DNA of 63,049 nucleotides, counting the filler, from Olpidium bornovanus S191 (Eukaryota; Fungi; Olpidiomycota): NCBI GenBank assembly GCA_017911155.1. It is 27 parts of 27 records of this genome, joined end to end, with 100 filler letters (N's around TTAATTAATTAA, not from the genome) between each part and the next. Parts side by side here need not be neighbours in the genome. Positions count along the whole stretch, not along the records: positions 36,416 to 38,610 come from JAEFCI010009198.1; positions 38,711 to 40,171 come from JAEFCI010013517.1; positions 40,272 to 42,254 come from JAEFCI010012893.1; positions 42,355 to 43,500 come from JAEFCI010001050.1; positions 43,601 to 45,329 come from JAEFCI010011535.1; positions 45,430 to 46,873 come from JAEFCI010007706.1; positions 46,974 to 48,926 come from JAEFCI010012632.1; positions 49,027 to 52,697 come from JAEFCI010002261.1; 19 more parts are not named here. One strand, written 5' to 3'. The translations under genes were made by a program, and so were the position numbers. The notes under the pieces were generated by a model. That model saw only the letters and a list, made by a program, of their open reading frames with translations, was not told the origin of the DNA and searched no databases. Position 1 is the stretch's first letter. The number at the start of each line of letters is the position of its first letter. Of this stretch, positions 37,587 through 49,525 are shown one piece after another.

Positions 37587-38610
37587 ATGGTCCCAGAGGC
37601 TGCTCCTCTCGGAAAAACCAGTCCGGAGGACATGGCCGTCCTGCGCACGCTACTGGCAAAGGTGTGCCGTGCTTTTTACGAGCCCAAGTTCGTTATCTGC
37701 CTCGACCTGCTGAGCAAAGTGGAGTTGTACGTTTGCTCCGCCTTCCCCGGCGGCCGGTTTGTCTGAAAGCCCACCGTTTGAACGGGAACGGGCTAGTCAC
37801 TCCGGCAACTATTTTTGGCTGCGGTAGGCAGCCTCGCCCCGCTTTTACGGCATGGCGTCGTTGCTTCCAGATCCTATATTTTGCTGGAGGGCCAGAGTCC
37901 AACCCGTTCTAGGAAGTCGAGTGCAAATTATATCATGGGCGGCAATTCTGACGCCGTCGGTACTGCTCTCGCTCTCTGTGTGGTGGCCGATGCGCAGCAT
38001 GAAAGATGAACATCTCGCTGCAAAAATGAAGATCCAGATGAAAGAAATTCACAAAATCTGCGGTCGGCTGAAAGCGGAAGGTATCGTCACTTCGTAAGTA
38101 GCGAAGGACGCTGCTTTCACTCCTATCACTTTCTGCCAGCACTCAAGCGGTACTATTGTCCAACATGTGGAAAATTGTTGGGTTCTCATTTATACCCTAC
38201 TCGTATGTTATTGGACATACCTGCGAAGAGTGACGAGGTTGGAGCCGCGGGCTTCGGATCAGCGACAGGTCAACCGGCAATTCTACTATATCGACTACAA
38301 GAGGTTCGTCGATATTGTCAAATGGAAAACAAACGAGCTGCGGTTAGACGTCAAAAGAAGAATGGACAAGGTTTGTTTCCGAAGCCTTCTACTTGGCGCC
38401 CCAAAAGCGGCGCATTTTGTTTTTCGGTCCTGGTGTACACGGACGCCATTACGGAACGGATCTGCACCTTCGATGAACACGTCTTCGTTCCAGGAATTGG
38501 AAAACAAGGGCTATGTTTGCCCGCGATGCCAGAAGCTTTACTCGCCGCTCGAGGTTCTTTCATTGTGCGACCCGCGTTCCGGTTTGTTCCATTGCGAGAT
38601 TGATAACATG
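37587..38610 (+). CDS. TFA1: TFIIE alpha subunit (multi-exon, 3' truncated)
   Basis: VCRAFYE; YYIDYKRFVDIVKWK; zinc ribbon GYVCPRCQKLYSPLE..FHCEID. Confidence 0.9.
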
Positions 38611-39062
38611 NNNNNNNNNNNNNNNNNNNNNNNNNNNNNNNNNNNNNNNNNNNNTTAATTAATTAANNNNNNNNNNNNNNNNNNNNNNNNNNNNNNNNNN
38701 NNNNNNNNNNCCATGGATGTGCGACGATATATTTTTCGTCTTAGATCCTGCGCCCCCGGAAGATACCGCAGAACAGCAAGTCTGGGTGATCGTCCTGATA
38801 CCGCGCCCGGCGCCCCCAACTGCGAAGGTAGTGGTGTCCGGCTTGGAGCAGAGAGTAGACTGCAGACGAGCTCCTTGGGTACGCGATTCTTCCTTTCGGC
38901 GGCGAGGCAGAGCTTGCTGCTCCGCTGCCTCTTCGAATTCGGAGGACAGAAAAGGGGCGGCGGGGAAAAACGTTCAGGTCGAAGTTCGCCCGCAAATTTT
39001 CCTCTCCGCCCGAGAAAACCACCGGGGAAACACCAACAGGAAAAAGAAAAAAGAAAAAAAAA

Positions 39063-40139
39063 ATGTCCGCGCCAGCGTCGCACGCGGGTGCAGCGGCCCC
39101 TGTCCGAACTGCCGCCGCCGTTGCCGCCGCGGCTGCCGCCGGTGATGTTTTCCCCCCGGCGCCAGCCCCGCACCAGCAGCCGCAGCAGCAGCAGCAGAAC
39201 CAACAGCAGCTCCGGCAGCAGCAATACCAGCGCCAGCCGCGCCAGTTCTCAGCGACCCATTCGTCCTCCCTCAAAACGGCGGCCGCCCTTGACATGGACA
39301 ACACAGCGCCCGTCACCTCTGTCCAGGTCGACGCTGTTGTGAGTCTTCCTCCCCCTCCTCTCCCCACACTACCCGTCAGCCCAGCCTGGTGCCGGCAGCG
39401 AGCGGCCCCGCGCGGCTCTCGCGCGCGCGCGGGCTACGTGCGGCGGTTTTCCGCGTTTGCTCACGAAACCTGCGGCTGCTCCCTCGGCTCTGTCAAAACT
39501 CAGGCGGTCATGAAAATCGTCAAGCACTGCCGCGAGTCTTTTCCCACCCTGGTCAGCGGTCACCTGCTCGGCCTTGACGTGGAGGGAACGCTGGAGGTCA
39601 CCAACTCCTTCCCGCTTCTCGAGCGGAAGAGCGCTGAGGAGGGCGCCGACTTCGCTGAGAGTGAGTACCGGCGGCGGACCCCTGCGCGCAACGTCTGCCG
39701 ACGCGCGACTACGTAGGCGGAAGGGAAGGAGGGAAGAAAAGAAGAGACCTTCGCGTGCCGGGTGGAAGGTTTCCGAAACCAAAAGCAGGAAGGGTTGTTT
39801 TGGCAGGCAGGACGCCGCTGTGCGCGCCGGAGAGGCCTGGACGTTTGGAATATCCACTGTTCGCCAACTAATATGGTTCCTTTGCCTCAGCTACCGAGTA
39901 CCGCAATGAGATGTCGCAGATGCTATCTGTCCTTGCCATCGACAACAATCCGGTCGGGTGGTATCAGTCCGCCAAACTGAGTTCCTTCATGACTGACGAC
40001 CTGATTGCCATGCAGGTAAAGTAACGGTTTTTAGTGATTGGCGTGCGTGTTATCTTTGCTGACTTTCTTTTGCCTACCCCGGTGACGTAGTTCCACTATC
40101 AAAAGACTGTTTCTAACAAGAGCGTCGTCCTCATTCACG
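39063..40139 (+). CDS. EIF3H: eIF3 subunit H (MPN domain; exons 39063-39338, 39504-39660, 39891-40015, 40091-40139; 3' truncated)
   Basis: VQVDAV-AVMKIVKH, GHLLGLDV, LEVTNSFP, IDNNPVGWYQS and SVVLIH. Confidence 0.85.
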
Positions 40140-40387
40140 GTGAGCTCGGCAGGGACATAACGGCTTCATGCNNNNNNNNNNNNNNNNNNNNNNNNNNNNN
40201 NNNNNNNNNNNNNNNTTAATTAATTAANNNNNNNNNNNNNNNNNNNNNNNNNNNNNNNNNNNNNNNNNNNNAGCGGGGGGGGGGGGCCGGGGGGGGGGGG
40301 GGAAAGGGGGGGGGGAAAAAGGGGGGGGGGGGGGGGGGAGGGTAAAAAGGCACGCCAAACCGATTAATATCCCTGAACGGGCGCCGC

Positions 40388-41335
40388 ACCTCAACAGCGT
40401 CCGGAAGCCCCTGAACGGGATGTCGCTGCTCGCAGAAGTCGTGGTCGTCCCCGCTGAACACGATGGCGGGCTTGACCATGTCCAGAATCTTCCGAGAACA
40501 CTTGACGCCCAAGAGGTTTTGCCACTGGTAACCCTGCGAGTTGGAGATCGTCGTCCCGTGCCTCCGAAGCGGGCCGCAGGTCGCGGTCGGAGGCCGGTAC
40601 AGCGGGATGTGGGTCAGCAAGATGCGTCTCCGCGGGTCGCTCGATTCATCTACGGGAGTCGAAGAACGGTGCGGGAGAAGAGACCGGGCGAGGTGAGAAC
40701 GTAAGGGGCGCGCGTTGATCCTTACCAGAGTAACCCCCTCGCGAACATCCCCCCACTCCGTGCAAGCCGCTTGGAGTCGAGCGGCGAACGCTCGATGGGG
40801 GGGGGGAAGGGGGGGGAACGTCTGTTCGAAACTAACCCGAAGCGATCTCCGCGAGCAGCTCCTGGACTTCGACCTCCGCGTCGGACGCCTCCGCCGACTC
40901 CCAGTCGCAGTCGGACGCCCGCCCCGCCAGCGCCGCGGAGTCCACGACGACCACGGTGTGGTTGGCGGCGTCGAACCGGCGGGTGGTGGGCCCGAAGAAC
41001 GCGCGGAAGCGCGACCTCGCCTCGGCGACCGTGCCGTCGCCGAGCCCAAAGTCGTGGTTGCCGGCGATGACGTGGCACGACGGCCCCGTCCCGTTCCCGC
41101 CGCCGGCCGCGGCCGGGAAGACGGACACGAAGCGCCGGAGCTCGCTCTCCCACTCGGCTCCGTCCAGCTCCCTTCCCCCGTCGAGAAGGTCGCCCAGCAC
41201 GAAGTAGGCGTCGGGGCGGTTGACGAACCGCAGAGCCCGCTCGGAGCGCAGCATGTAATAGTCCGAGTAGAACTGGGTCAGCCACAGCGCCAGCCCCTCC
41301 TGCCCGTAGGACATCCTGTCTGGCCCCCCCTCCCC

Positions 41336-41370
<35 letters not shown>

Positions 41371-41567
41371 AAAAAAAAAAGTTCGTGAGCTCACGTCAGC
41401 CGCCTTTTCCTTTGCGCCCCGTTCAGCACAAAAAGCAACTGCGGCCCACCTGTAAGTTGAGGATCGGCGATGAGCGCGACGTGGAAGATCTTGCGTGAGC
41501 GGGTGGGGAGGGAAGAGGAAGCGTCGACGAGCTTCAAGACCCCCGGCACGCTGACGGCCACATTTTC

Positions 41568-41604
<37 letters not shown>

Positions 41605-41985
41605 CCGCAGCAACGAAGGCCGGCGTGGCGTCCCCCTCTTCCTTACTTTGGTCGACGACAAGGACGTTTGCCAGCCGCTCCTGGTAGGCCAGCTGCAGTT
41701 CCAGGCGGCGCCGTAGAAGCACAGCACCTCACCGTACAGCAGCAGCAAGGACCAGCACCCGCGCAAGGCGAGCACAAAACCGCCGGACGGCGCCGGCGGC
41801 CGCCCGCCCGCCGCGCTTCCAGCGCAGGACCGGGAAAGGCAGGCGCCGGGTCGGCCGCGGCACAGCCGGCGGAGCAGGAGCAGCGGGCCGCCGCTCCTGC
41901 AAAGCCGGCACGCGGGCAGGCGCAGCAGGCGCGCCGAAGCCGACAGTGCCCCGCGGGACAGCCTGTTGAGCGCGCGCAAAACCAT
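40388..41985 (-). CDS. CDC1: Cdc1/MPPE1-family GPI-remodelling metallophosphoesterase (3' truncated)
   Basis: N-terminal TM helix; ALIADPQL, LGDLLDGGR, IAGNHD, LLTHIPLYR, GYQWQNLL and VFSGDDHD. Confidence 0.88.
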
Positions 41986-42193
41986 TCGGCGGCGTGTCGG
42001 CCGGCGGCGGCGCCGGGACGTCACCTGGGGGGGTCTTGCGGCCGACCGCCGCTGCCCGCGCTGTGCGGCAGGTGCGGGTCGAGCAGGATTTTTCCGGGCG
42101 TCCGCAGCGAGCCTGCGTTTTCCGGCGCGTGCATTTTACGGGGCCATTCCACGGCGTGGTGGGGGGGGCGGCGAGGGGAACACGGGCGGCCGG

Positions 42194-42244
<51 letters not shown>

Positions 42245-42674
42245 GCGCGCGCGCNNNNNNNNNNNNNNNNNNNNNNNNNNNNNNNNNNNNNNNNNNNNTT
42301 AATTAATTAANNNNNNNNNNNNNNNNNNNNNNNNNNNNNNNNNNNNNNNNNNNNACCCCGCTTAGCAAGCTGTGGGAAAGGCGGTGGCACTTATTCGGAA
42401 GTTTGTAAAGTTCTTTGTATTTTCTTGGTAGGCGGAAAAAACCGTCCTTATCCCAACTGGAACTATATACCCTCCTACCCCCCTCGGTGGCGACAAACAC
42501 GCCACCAGACCACTAGTTATGTGGACCAGGGGAGAAACGGGGCGAGCACAACACGTATACATATGGCGCGGGCTGCAAAATACGGCGTGAAACTGGGAAG
42601 AGAAAAAAATAGAAGGAAACTCGGCAAACTACCCCCTAATCTCGCAACCAGTTCCACATCGATCCACGTCCTCT

Positions 42675-43346
42675 CTAGGCCACCCAGGCCGGACCGCTCG
42701 CCTGGTGAGTGTTCTCCTTTGAGCTATTCCCCATGTCGAGTGTGTGTACAGGGACGCGGCCGTGGCGGCGCAGTCCTTCGCGCCGCCTGAACTGACGTAC
42801 GTCGGCGAAGCGCCCTGACACACGAAAGACGAACGTACGTTTCCAGGGAGTAGGGCCTACAACCTTGTTGGCTCCTCGCCGTGTGAAAAGGTCGTCCAGG
42901 CAAGGGAGCACCCGGGGAAAATTGACTGATGCGTCAAACAAGTCCCTCAGCCAACGGCGCCCGGTCCATTCCGGCGCCACCACGGTGAGCTCGGCCTGTT
43001 CGGCATGAAGTTTGGCGAGGATGGTAACGTACACTTGGTCCTGGAATGGGGGGTTTGCCCACACATTTTCGTGCCCCCACCAGAGTTCCTCCGCCCGCCC
43101 GTTCCCGTCACCGTCGATGGAACAGAACTGCGGGAGCTGCCGGTTCCACCTGGCGGCGTATGCGTCTACCGAGTGTGGTCCCCAGAGCCTGTCAATCGCC
43201 TGGAACACTTCCGTATTCAGCTTCAAGTCGTCCGTGTAGTTCTTCCTCTGTCGCACGGCCTCTTCGGCACGCTCCGCGTTCTCCATCTCCACACGCCGAG
43301 CGCGCGTTTCTCCGTATTGGGTAAAGGCGGTTCCTCGAATCATCAT
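42675..43346 (-). mobile_element. Retroelement-type DNA N6-adenine methyltransferase (Dam-like) domain
   Basis: LKLNTEVFQAIDRLWGPHSVDAYA..N.QLPQFCS, WANPPF (43055-43044), VVAPEWTGRRWL and VFRVSG match the pattern of the MT domain in DIRS-like pol ORFs. Confidence 0.75.
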
Positions 43347-44128
43347 GCCGCGAGTCGGCGAAGGGTCAGTTCTGTGATGGTGACTGTTGCCTCGGCAATC
43401 TTGGGTGTGGTGCTCGTGGATTCCTCCTTCCTTACGTAGCTGGGTGTCACCCCGGTAGCCCTGCTCGCGAGGATGGCGCCCACTGTGGAGGTCATCACGG
43501 NNNNNNNNNNNNNNNNNNNNNNNNNNNNNNNNNNNNNNNNNNNNTTAATTAATTAANNNNNNNNNNNNNNNNNNNNNNNNNNNNNNNNNNNNNNNNNNNN
43601 GTTCAGGGCTCGGTCGAGATATGTGCATCGTTTGGACACACTTAGAACGGCTCTCTCTCTCTCATTCTCTCTCTCTCTCTTTTTCTTTTTCTTCTTTTTT
43701 TTTAAAAAAAAATGCTGCATGTCTTTTCGTTACTTTGACAAAGCTCTTTGGCGCTCGAACGCGCGCCCTCGGCGCACGCAAAGCGCCTTTTGACGTCTTG
43801 ATGGCAACACTTTGCCTTTTTGCCCCCACCGCGCCGCCTTTCCCGCAGCGTGGCGATGGCCGACGCAGGCGTGCCGCACGCAGACGATGATGGATTCGGA
43901 ACATAGAGTCTTCCTGGCGCGCCCCGCTTGTCAAGGGCTCGGAACGGCCAAACGGGAGAGGAGAGTTTGACGCGCCGAGAAACTGGACGGCGGCTCGTGA
44001 CGAATTGCCGCGGGCAGCGACGGCGGGGCTCCCTTTCCCCCCTCACCCCTCGTCCGCGCGCCGAGCTGATCCGCAGTTACACCCCTTGCGCCGACTCAGC
44101 GCTCGACGGATTCCCCAGGCGCGTCCAC

Positions 44129-45313
44129 CTAATCCGGAAAGCGGCACGGGAAAACCACCCGATCGATCTGCGCGGTGCCTAAGCACCGGTCGCCGAGGTA
44201 AAGGACGGCGTGCTGGCCGGGGGCGATCATCCGCCAGGGTTCGTGCAACCGGATGCGAAACTCGCCCGGGTTTGACGGGCTGCACAACCCCACAACGACG
44301 GCGTAAGTGTGGCTCGCACGCGCTTCCAAAATTTCAGGCGGCACCCACGTGCAAACGGGCGGGCGTTTAATTGCCCCCCTCCTCCCCCTGCCGCCCCCAT
44401 CTCCTCGTCTCACCTCCGGTTTATGGAGCACGGTACTGCGGCGTGGAGCGCGTCAGCAGATATCCGAAAGCCGAATCTCTCAACAGGGAACGCGCGGCAA
44501 GGGGAAGGCGAGGAAAGGGGGGAAGGATCTTTCATGTTCTCACCGGCATCCGTTGCATTTCGGAACTGGACATGCAGGCGATCGTTTTGCGAGCATCCGT
44601 TCGCGCTTTCCAAAGCCTCATCTGCCGGTTTTCCTTCTTTCGAACACGACCAACAGACATTCTTCGTGTAGAATTCCGTGACCTCCAGCGACTCGTGACC
44701 TCTGAAAAATACAGTTTGACAAGACGGTCCGGGCGTGAGCAAGGGCAGTGGACGACGTTTCCGGGTCCCCAACGCTTTTTTTGCCGGAAACGCGCGCGGC
44801 TGACTTTGGAGCAACGAATAGCCGGTTACGCTTCACGTCCTTCCCCGCGATAAACCACTTGCTGGTCCCGATCGCTAACCGCGCACATTGCCCTTCTGTG
44901 TATAGCGCGGCACCGTCATGTTCGCCTTCAAATTTTCGCGCGAGCAGGAGGCCATTAACATCGCCGCGGCGCGGCGCCGACACGAAAAGCCCGAGAAAAC
45001 GGAAAACAGGTGAGAGGAACTCACCCACTCTTCTCCCGTCCAGGGTCAGGATTTCACCGGGTTCCGTTTTGATGAACTGGCCTGCGCCGTGGCGCGTTTG
45101 AACTCGGTAAGTTTTTCGTGCGTTGAACCAGTTTTTTTTTCGCGCGAATCGCGCCTTCCTACCGAGAAAATCCCGGAAGCTGCGCTTCTTGCCAACAAAG
45201 CATATGCCCATGCTTTCGCGTTTTCGCGCCGTGGGAAGTTCCGCTTCCGCGGCCAGAAGGCGCACCTCTGATTTTGTCAGATGCGCGAGGGGAAACAGCA
45301 CCTTCCCGCGCAA
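44129..45313 (-). CDS. SLM3: Mitochondrial tRNA 2-thiouridylase (MnmA family), 3' part, multi-exon
   Basis: LFPLAHLTKSEVR, RESMGICFVG, GEHDG..LYTEGQ and IAPGQHAVLY..CLG. Confidence 0.9.
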
Positions 45314-45429
45314 GATTGTGCAAAAAAACNNNNNNNNNNNNNNNNNNNNNNNNNNNNNNNNNNNNNNNNNNNNTTAATTAATTAANNNNNNNNNNNNNNN
45401 NNNNNNNNNNNNNNNNNNNNNNNNNNNNN

Positions 45430-46614
45430 CATGATTGTAGCCCTTAAGATGAGCACGGACGCTTTGCTGGCGCTGTTCTTTTTCAGCGGGATAGTCATCG
45501 TGACGTTCTCTTCTTTTCTCTACTTCGCGGAAAGAGGTACGATCTCGGCGGTTATGATGCCTGTGCGGTTCGCGATTCTCCGCTCCGGTCTCGTTTGAGC
45601 TTTGCTGTGCCCCGTACCAGGAACTTGGGACGAAGATAAAAAGTCATTCCTAACGCAGAGCGGCGTTCCTAGTCTGTTTGATTCGATCCCTTCGTCGTTC
45701 TGGTACAGTTTTGCCTTCGCCACGGTCGTTCCGACCTCACTCTTGCCCTTTTCTAACTGGTTTACCTGGAAACTGTCAAATAGGTTCGTGGTCGTGACGC
45801 TCACTACCACCGGTAAAGTGCTCTCCTAGATCTCGTCGCGGGCGCAGTTTGTGTATTTTTGGCCTCTTTGCTAACTGGTCACCCTCCAAGCGTCCCAGGT
45901 TACGGTGATATGTAAGTTGTGGTTTTAACGTGGGTTTTGACCTAGAAAACTGCGTTTGTCGAGCTGGCCTGTTGAGAAGTTTCACGACATACACGGCTCC
46001 AGGGTACCGGAGACGTTCGTAGGGAAGCTTGTTGCTTTCCCCCTCATGCTCTGCGGCATACTGGTAAGAGGCGCAATTATGGCGTGGAATTTTCCATGTG
46101 TGCCTCCCGTCGGCAATCTCGTATTCATCTTTCTCCGCCTTTGGACCTACGATTTTCACGCAGCTTATTGCGCTGCCATCGATCATCGGTGAGTGAGATT
46201 GCCTGCTTTGCCTTCCCATTCCCCCTTTTTTTTTTTTTGCAGGTCGGTTTGATTTTGGCGACCGGGGATGCTCACACCAAAGGCGGCCCTTTTGGCCATT
46301 CCCGTGTCCCTCATTGTCCGATGACGTGAACCAAGTCGGAAGAAACTTCACAGTCGTCTGGGAGGCTACGAAGCACTACCGGACTTCCCAGGCGGTAAGC
46401 GCCCGCCTCTCCCGGCGGAAGCTTTTTTCCCCCCAAGGTTCGGGGGTTTTCGCCGCCAGGGTCGATCGGTTGACACACGAACGGGCGGCCAAAAAATAAA
46501 TCAATATAATAATTAAAATAAATGAAAAAAATGATTCAAAGGAAAACATCCACGACGTCTTCCCGCGCCAGGAAAACGCGTACGAACTGGAATCGATCGC
46601 GACGGAGAGTCGTG
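45430..46614 (+). CDS. Voltage-gated (Kv/Shaker-like) K+ channel, S5-pore-S6 region (exons 45430-45536, 45621-45702, 45784-45812, 45899-45911, 46003-46063, 46164-46188, 46336-46394, 46542-46614)
   Basis: Spliced S5 ..FSSFLYFAERG, pore helix [25 protein letters not shown], S6 GKLVAFPLMLCGILLIALPSIIVGRNF. All junctions are GT-AG and in frame. Confidence 0.9.
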
Positions 46615-46775
46615 GTAAGTAATTCCCACCGGTAGGGAGGGGGGACGTCCTCTGGTTCCCCCTCTTCCCCCCCCCCCCCCCCCCCCCACACCCTCCCCCG
46701 GCCCTTTAAAGCGGCTCTCTCCGAGATTTCGGCCGCTTTCATTCCCGGCTTGTTGAAGATTCCCGCCGCGTTCAC

Positions 46776-46851
<76 letters not shown>

Positions 46852-46982
46852 ACCGCCCCCCCCCCCCCCCCCCNNNNNNNNNNNNNNNNNNNNNNNNNNN
46901 NNNNNNNNNNNNNNNNNTTAATTAATTAANNNNNNNNNNNNNNNNNNNNNNNNNNNNNNNNNNNNNNNNNNNNCAAGGGAGG

Positions 46983-47029
<47 letters not shown>

Positions 47030-47836
47030 CCCCCCCCCCCCCCCCCCCCCTCCCCCCCCCCCCCCGGGGGGGGGCCCCCCCCCCCCCCCCCGGGGGGGGC
47101 CCCCCCCCCCCCCCCCCCCCGTTTTGCCCCCCCGCGAACCCGTACACAGCGTGCCAAAAAAAAAAATTTTGAAATAGAAGGCGAAACACCTCGCTGAGCC
47201 TCGCGGAGACGCGGCGTTGCGCGTTTTGACAGGGGGGGATGTTACGCAACATGCCCTTTCAGACGGGTTGTGAGAGTTTCAAAGAAAAAACAAAATAATT
47301 AGGGAAACTGAAAGGAATCGCGGCCCGCGCATCGGCGTAGGAATTAAGGAGAGGTCGAACAAATCGGGGAGCGAGTCGCAAAATGATGGGAAAAAAAAAA
47401 GAAGAAGGCCGCCGGTAACATCGAAATGAATATGCAGGGAAGAAAGATTTTCGACGTTTGTCTCTCGTCTTGGTCGCGTTTTCCACATCACATCACATCA
47501 GAGTATTTTGGCCAGTTCCTTGCCGAACGAAAACGACACCCAAAGACGGGGTCTTCGTGAAAGGCGGACGCTCCAAGAATATGTCCCGATTCTCCTCACT
47601 GGCTCGCTGGCGTCCCTTACGTTCCTGCGCTCCGTTGCGTCCTGTTTTGCAACCCCTGTTCCCCCCCGTCGCCCCCCCTCCACTTTCTCAACCGGGGGAA
47701 AAAAGTGAGGCGTTCGGAACGTGGCGTCGGAATAAGGATCATCGAGCGTCGTGACGTTCAATTCTTTGACCCGAGTACGAAGTGCAGCGCACATTCTCGC
47801 GCACCGCGTCACCGGCGATAGCCCCCCGGGTACAAC

Positions 47837-48629
47837 CTTGTGCAAGAAGGGCTTTTAACGCCTCGCACAGACTCTTGGGAATCGCCGCTGGACAACTTGG
47901 ACGGTTTGCCGCGCGCCAAGCTCCTCCCGCGCGCCCTTATCAAGCTCGTCGTAGATTTTCTTCCCGCCCCTGCCTCACGCCCCGTCGCCGAAAAACCTTT
48001 TTCTGTGCTGGGCCACGGACACGGAAAAGTGTCTAATTCAAGTTAACGGTAAGAGCGCGGCAGGGGCTCCTGCACATCCCGCGCGCCCCTGCTGTTTACC
48101 GGCGCCAGGGCGATACGCTTTGTCCTGACCAAATTCCAGAGCCGAATTCTGCAACGAGTCTTGCAGTGAAACCTCGTGCATTGAATCCTGCAGCTCCTTA
48201 TGTAATACCTGCCAAAAATTGTGCGTTTTTTTTTTCGGCCACATATCCGGCTGCGAAACCTTCAGTAATTTTCACTGGTGATTTCTGCGGCAAAGTCCTG
48301 CAGCCAATCTGGCCGCGAATCCCCACGATATGGAATCGCGTTGCGAGTTTCGCAGCCACTACTGGCCGAGATTCTGCGGCCGCTTTTGCCATTAATATTT
48401 TCGCCGACATTCTATCCTGGCCCGCTTTTTACGGCCGATCCTGCCAGGCATTATGCGGCAAATTCCGCCGACACAGCCGCTTCAGCAGAGCCAGCACATC
48501 TCCCTGAAACGGAAAAAAAAAAATAAAAAGCGCGCGTGGCGTATGATATATGCACCAGGGTGAGTCGCTTAGGAGAACTGAATCGCGTCAACACAAGCAG
48601 AATTACCGAGAGTGCAGCGCCAGCATAGG
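47837..48629 (-). CDS. Unrecognised multi-exon gene fragment
   Basis: Five consecutive GT-AG-bounded exons splice in frame: AYAGAALS-GDVLALLKRLCRRNLPHNAWQDRP-MSAKILMAK..GY-VLHKELQDS..-DTFPCPW.. Confidence 0.4.
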
Positions 48630-49026
48630 CTGCGGTGTTAATGTGAGCAGTTTTTCCGTTAGAGCGGTGCAATAGACAATGTACAGATACTATTCTGCCG
48701 CCGCGAACGGTGCCGGTTGTATTCCGATGGTGGCTCACGTTCAACGCCATCTTTGGAGAGCGGTTCGTGGTACGTAAAGAAATATGAGTGATGAAGTGCA
48801 ATTGGAACGAAATGGAGAAAACCCATCAAGAGGCATCGCGCTCGTCACGTACAGCGCAGTTTAGCGCTGTCCAGCTGGCGAACCCAACCAACAGGGCTCT
48901 TGTGATTATATCAGGCATCTCACATGNNNNNNNNNNNNNNNNNNNNNNNNNNNNNNNNNNNNNNNNNNNNTTAATTAATTAANNNNNNNNNNNNNNNNNN
49001 NNNNNNNNNNNNNNNNNNNNNNNNNN

Positions 49027-49525
49027 CATGCGGTCTTGGGTACGGTTTTGAAGCGGACGGGGATTGCGCGAGGCGTCGCCTTGACAAGAAAGGGAAATCC
49101 GACGTGCCATTGGTTAAAGAGTGGGGACTGTGTGTGGGCGCCTTTTGTAGGTGAAGAAGAACCCCGTCGTCAGGAAGAATATATCGGAGGACTGCCCCGG
49201 GATCAGGATTCTTGATAAGGAACCAAGGTGCCACATTCCGCTTCGGCGTCGGCGTCCTCGAGAAAGTTATTGATCGGCGCGGATCTCCTGCGACGGCCGG
49301 TTCACGCGTCGCATTTTTTTTTGTTTTGTTTTTTTTTGTTTTGTTTTCTTGTTGTTGTTTGCGTGGTTTCCACTCCTGTTATGTGTAGCTTCGACGCCGA
49401 CTTCAGCCGGCATCCCAAGGCGGAGGCTCCGTCCCGAAAGGTCAAACTCGTCCGCTACCAGGAGAACCCGACTTCGAACTGGGGGCCGAAGTCCCGTGCT
49501 GGAGGAGGAAAAGGCGACAGCGCGG
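49027..49525 (+). CDS. Unrecognised multi-exon gene fragment
   Basis: In-frame splicing gives KKGKSDVPL-VKKNPVVRKNISEDCPGIRILDKEPS-FDADFSRHPK..YQENPTSNWG. Confidence 0.35.

Noticed and set aside
46536-46760. Minus-strand ORF ending RDRFQFVRVFLAREDVVDVFL
   Set aside because: Better explained as the antisense of Kv-channel exon 46542-46614, which has proper AG/GT boundaries.
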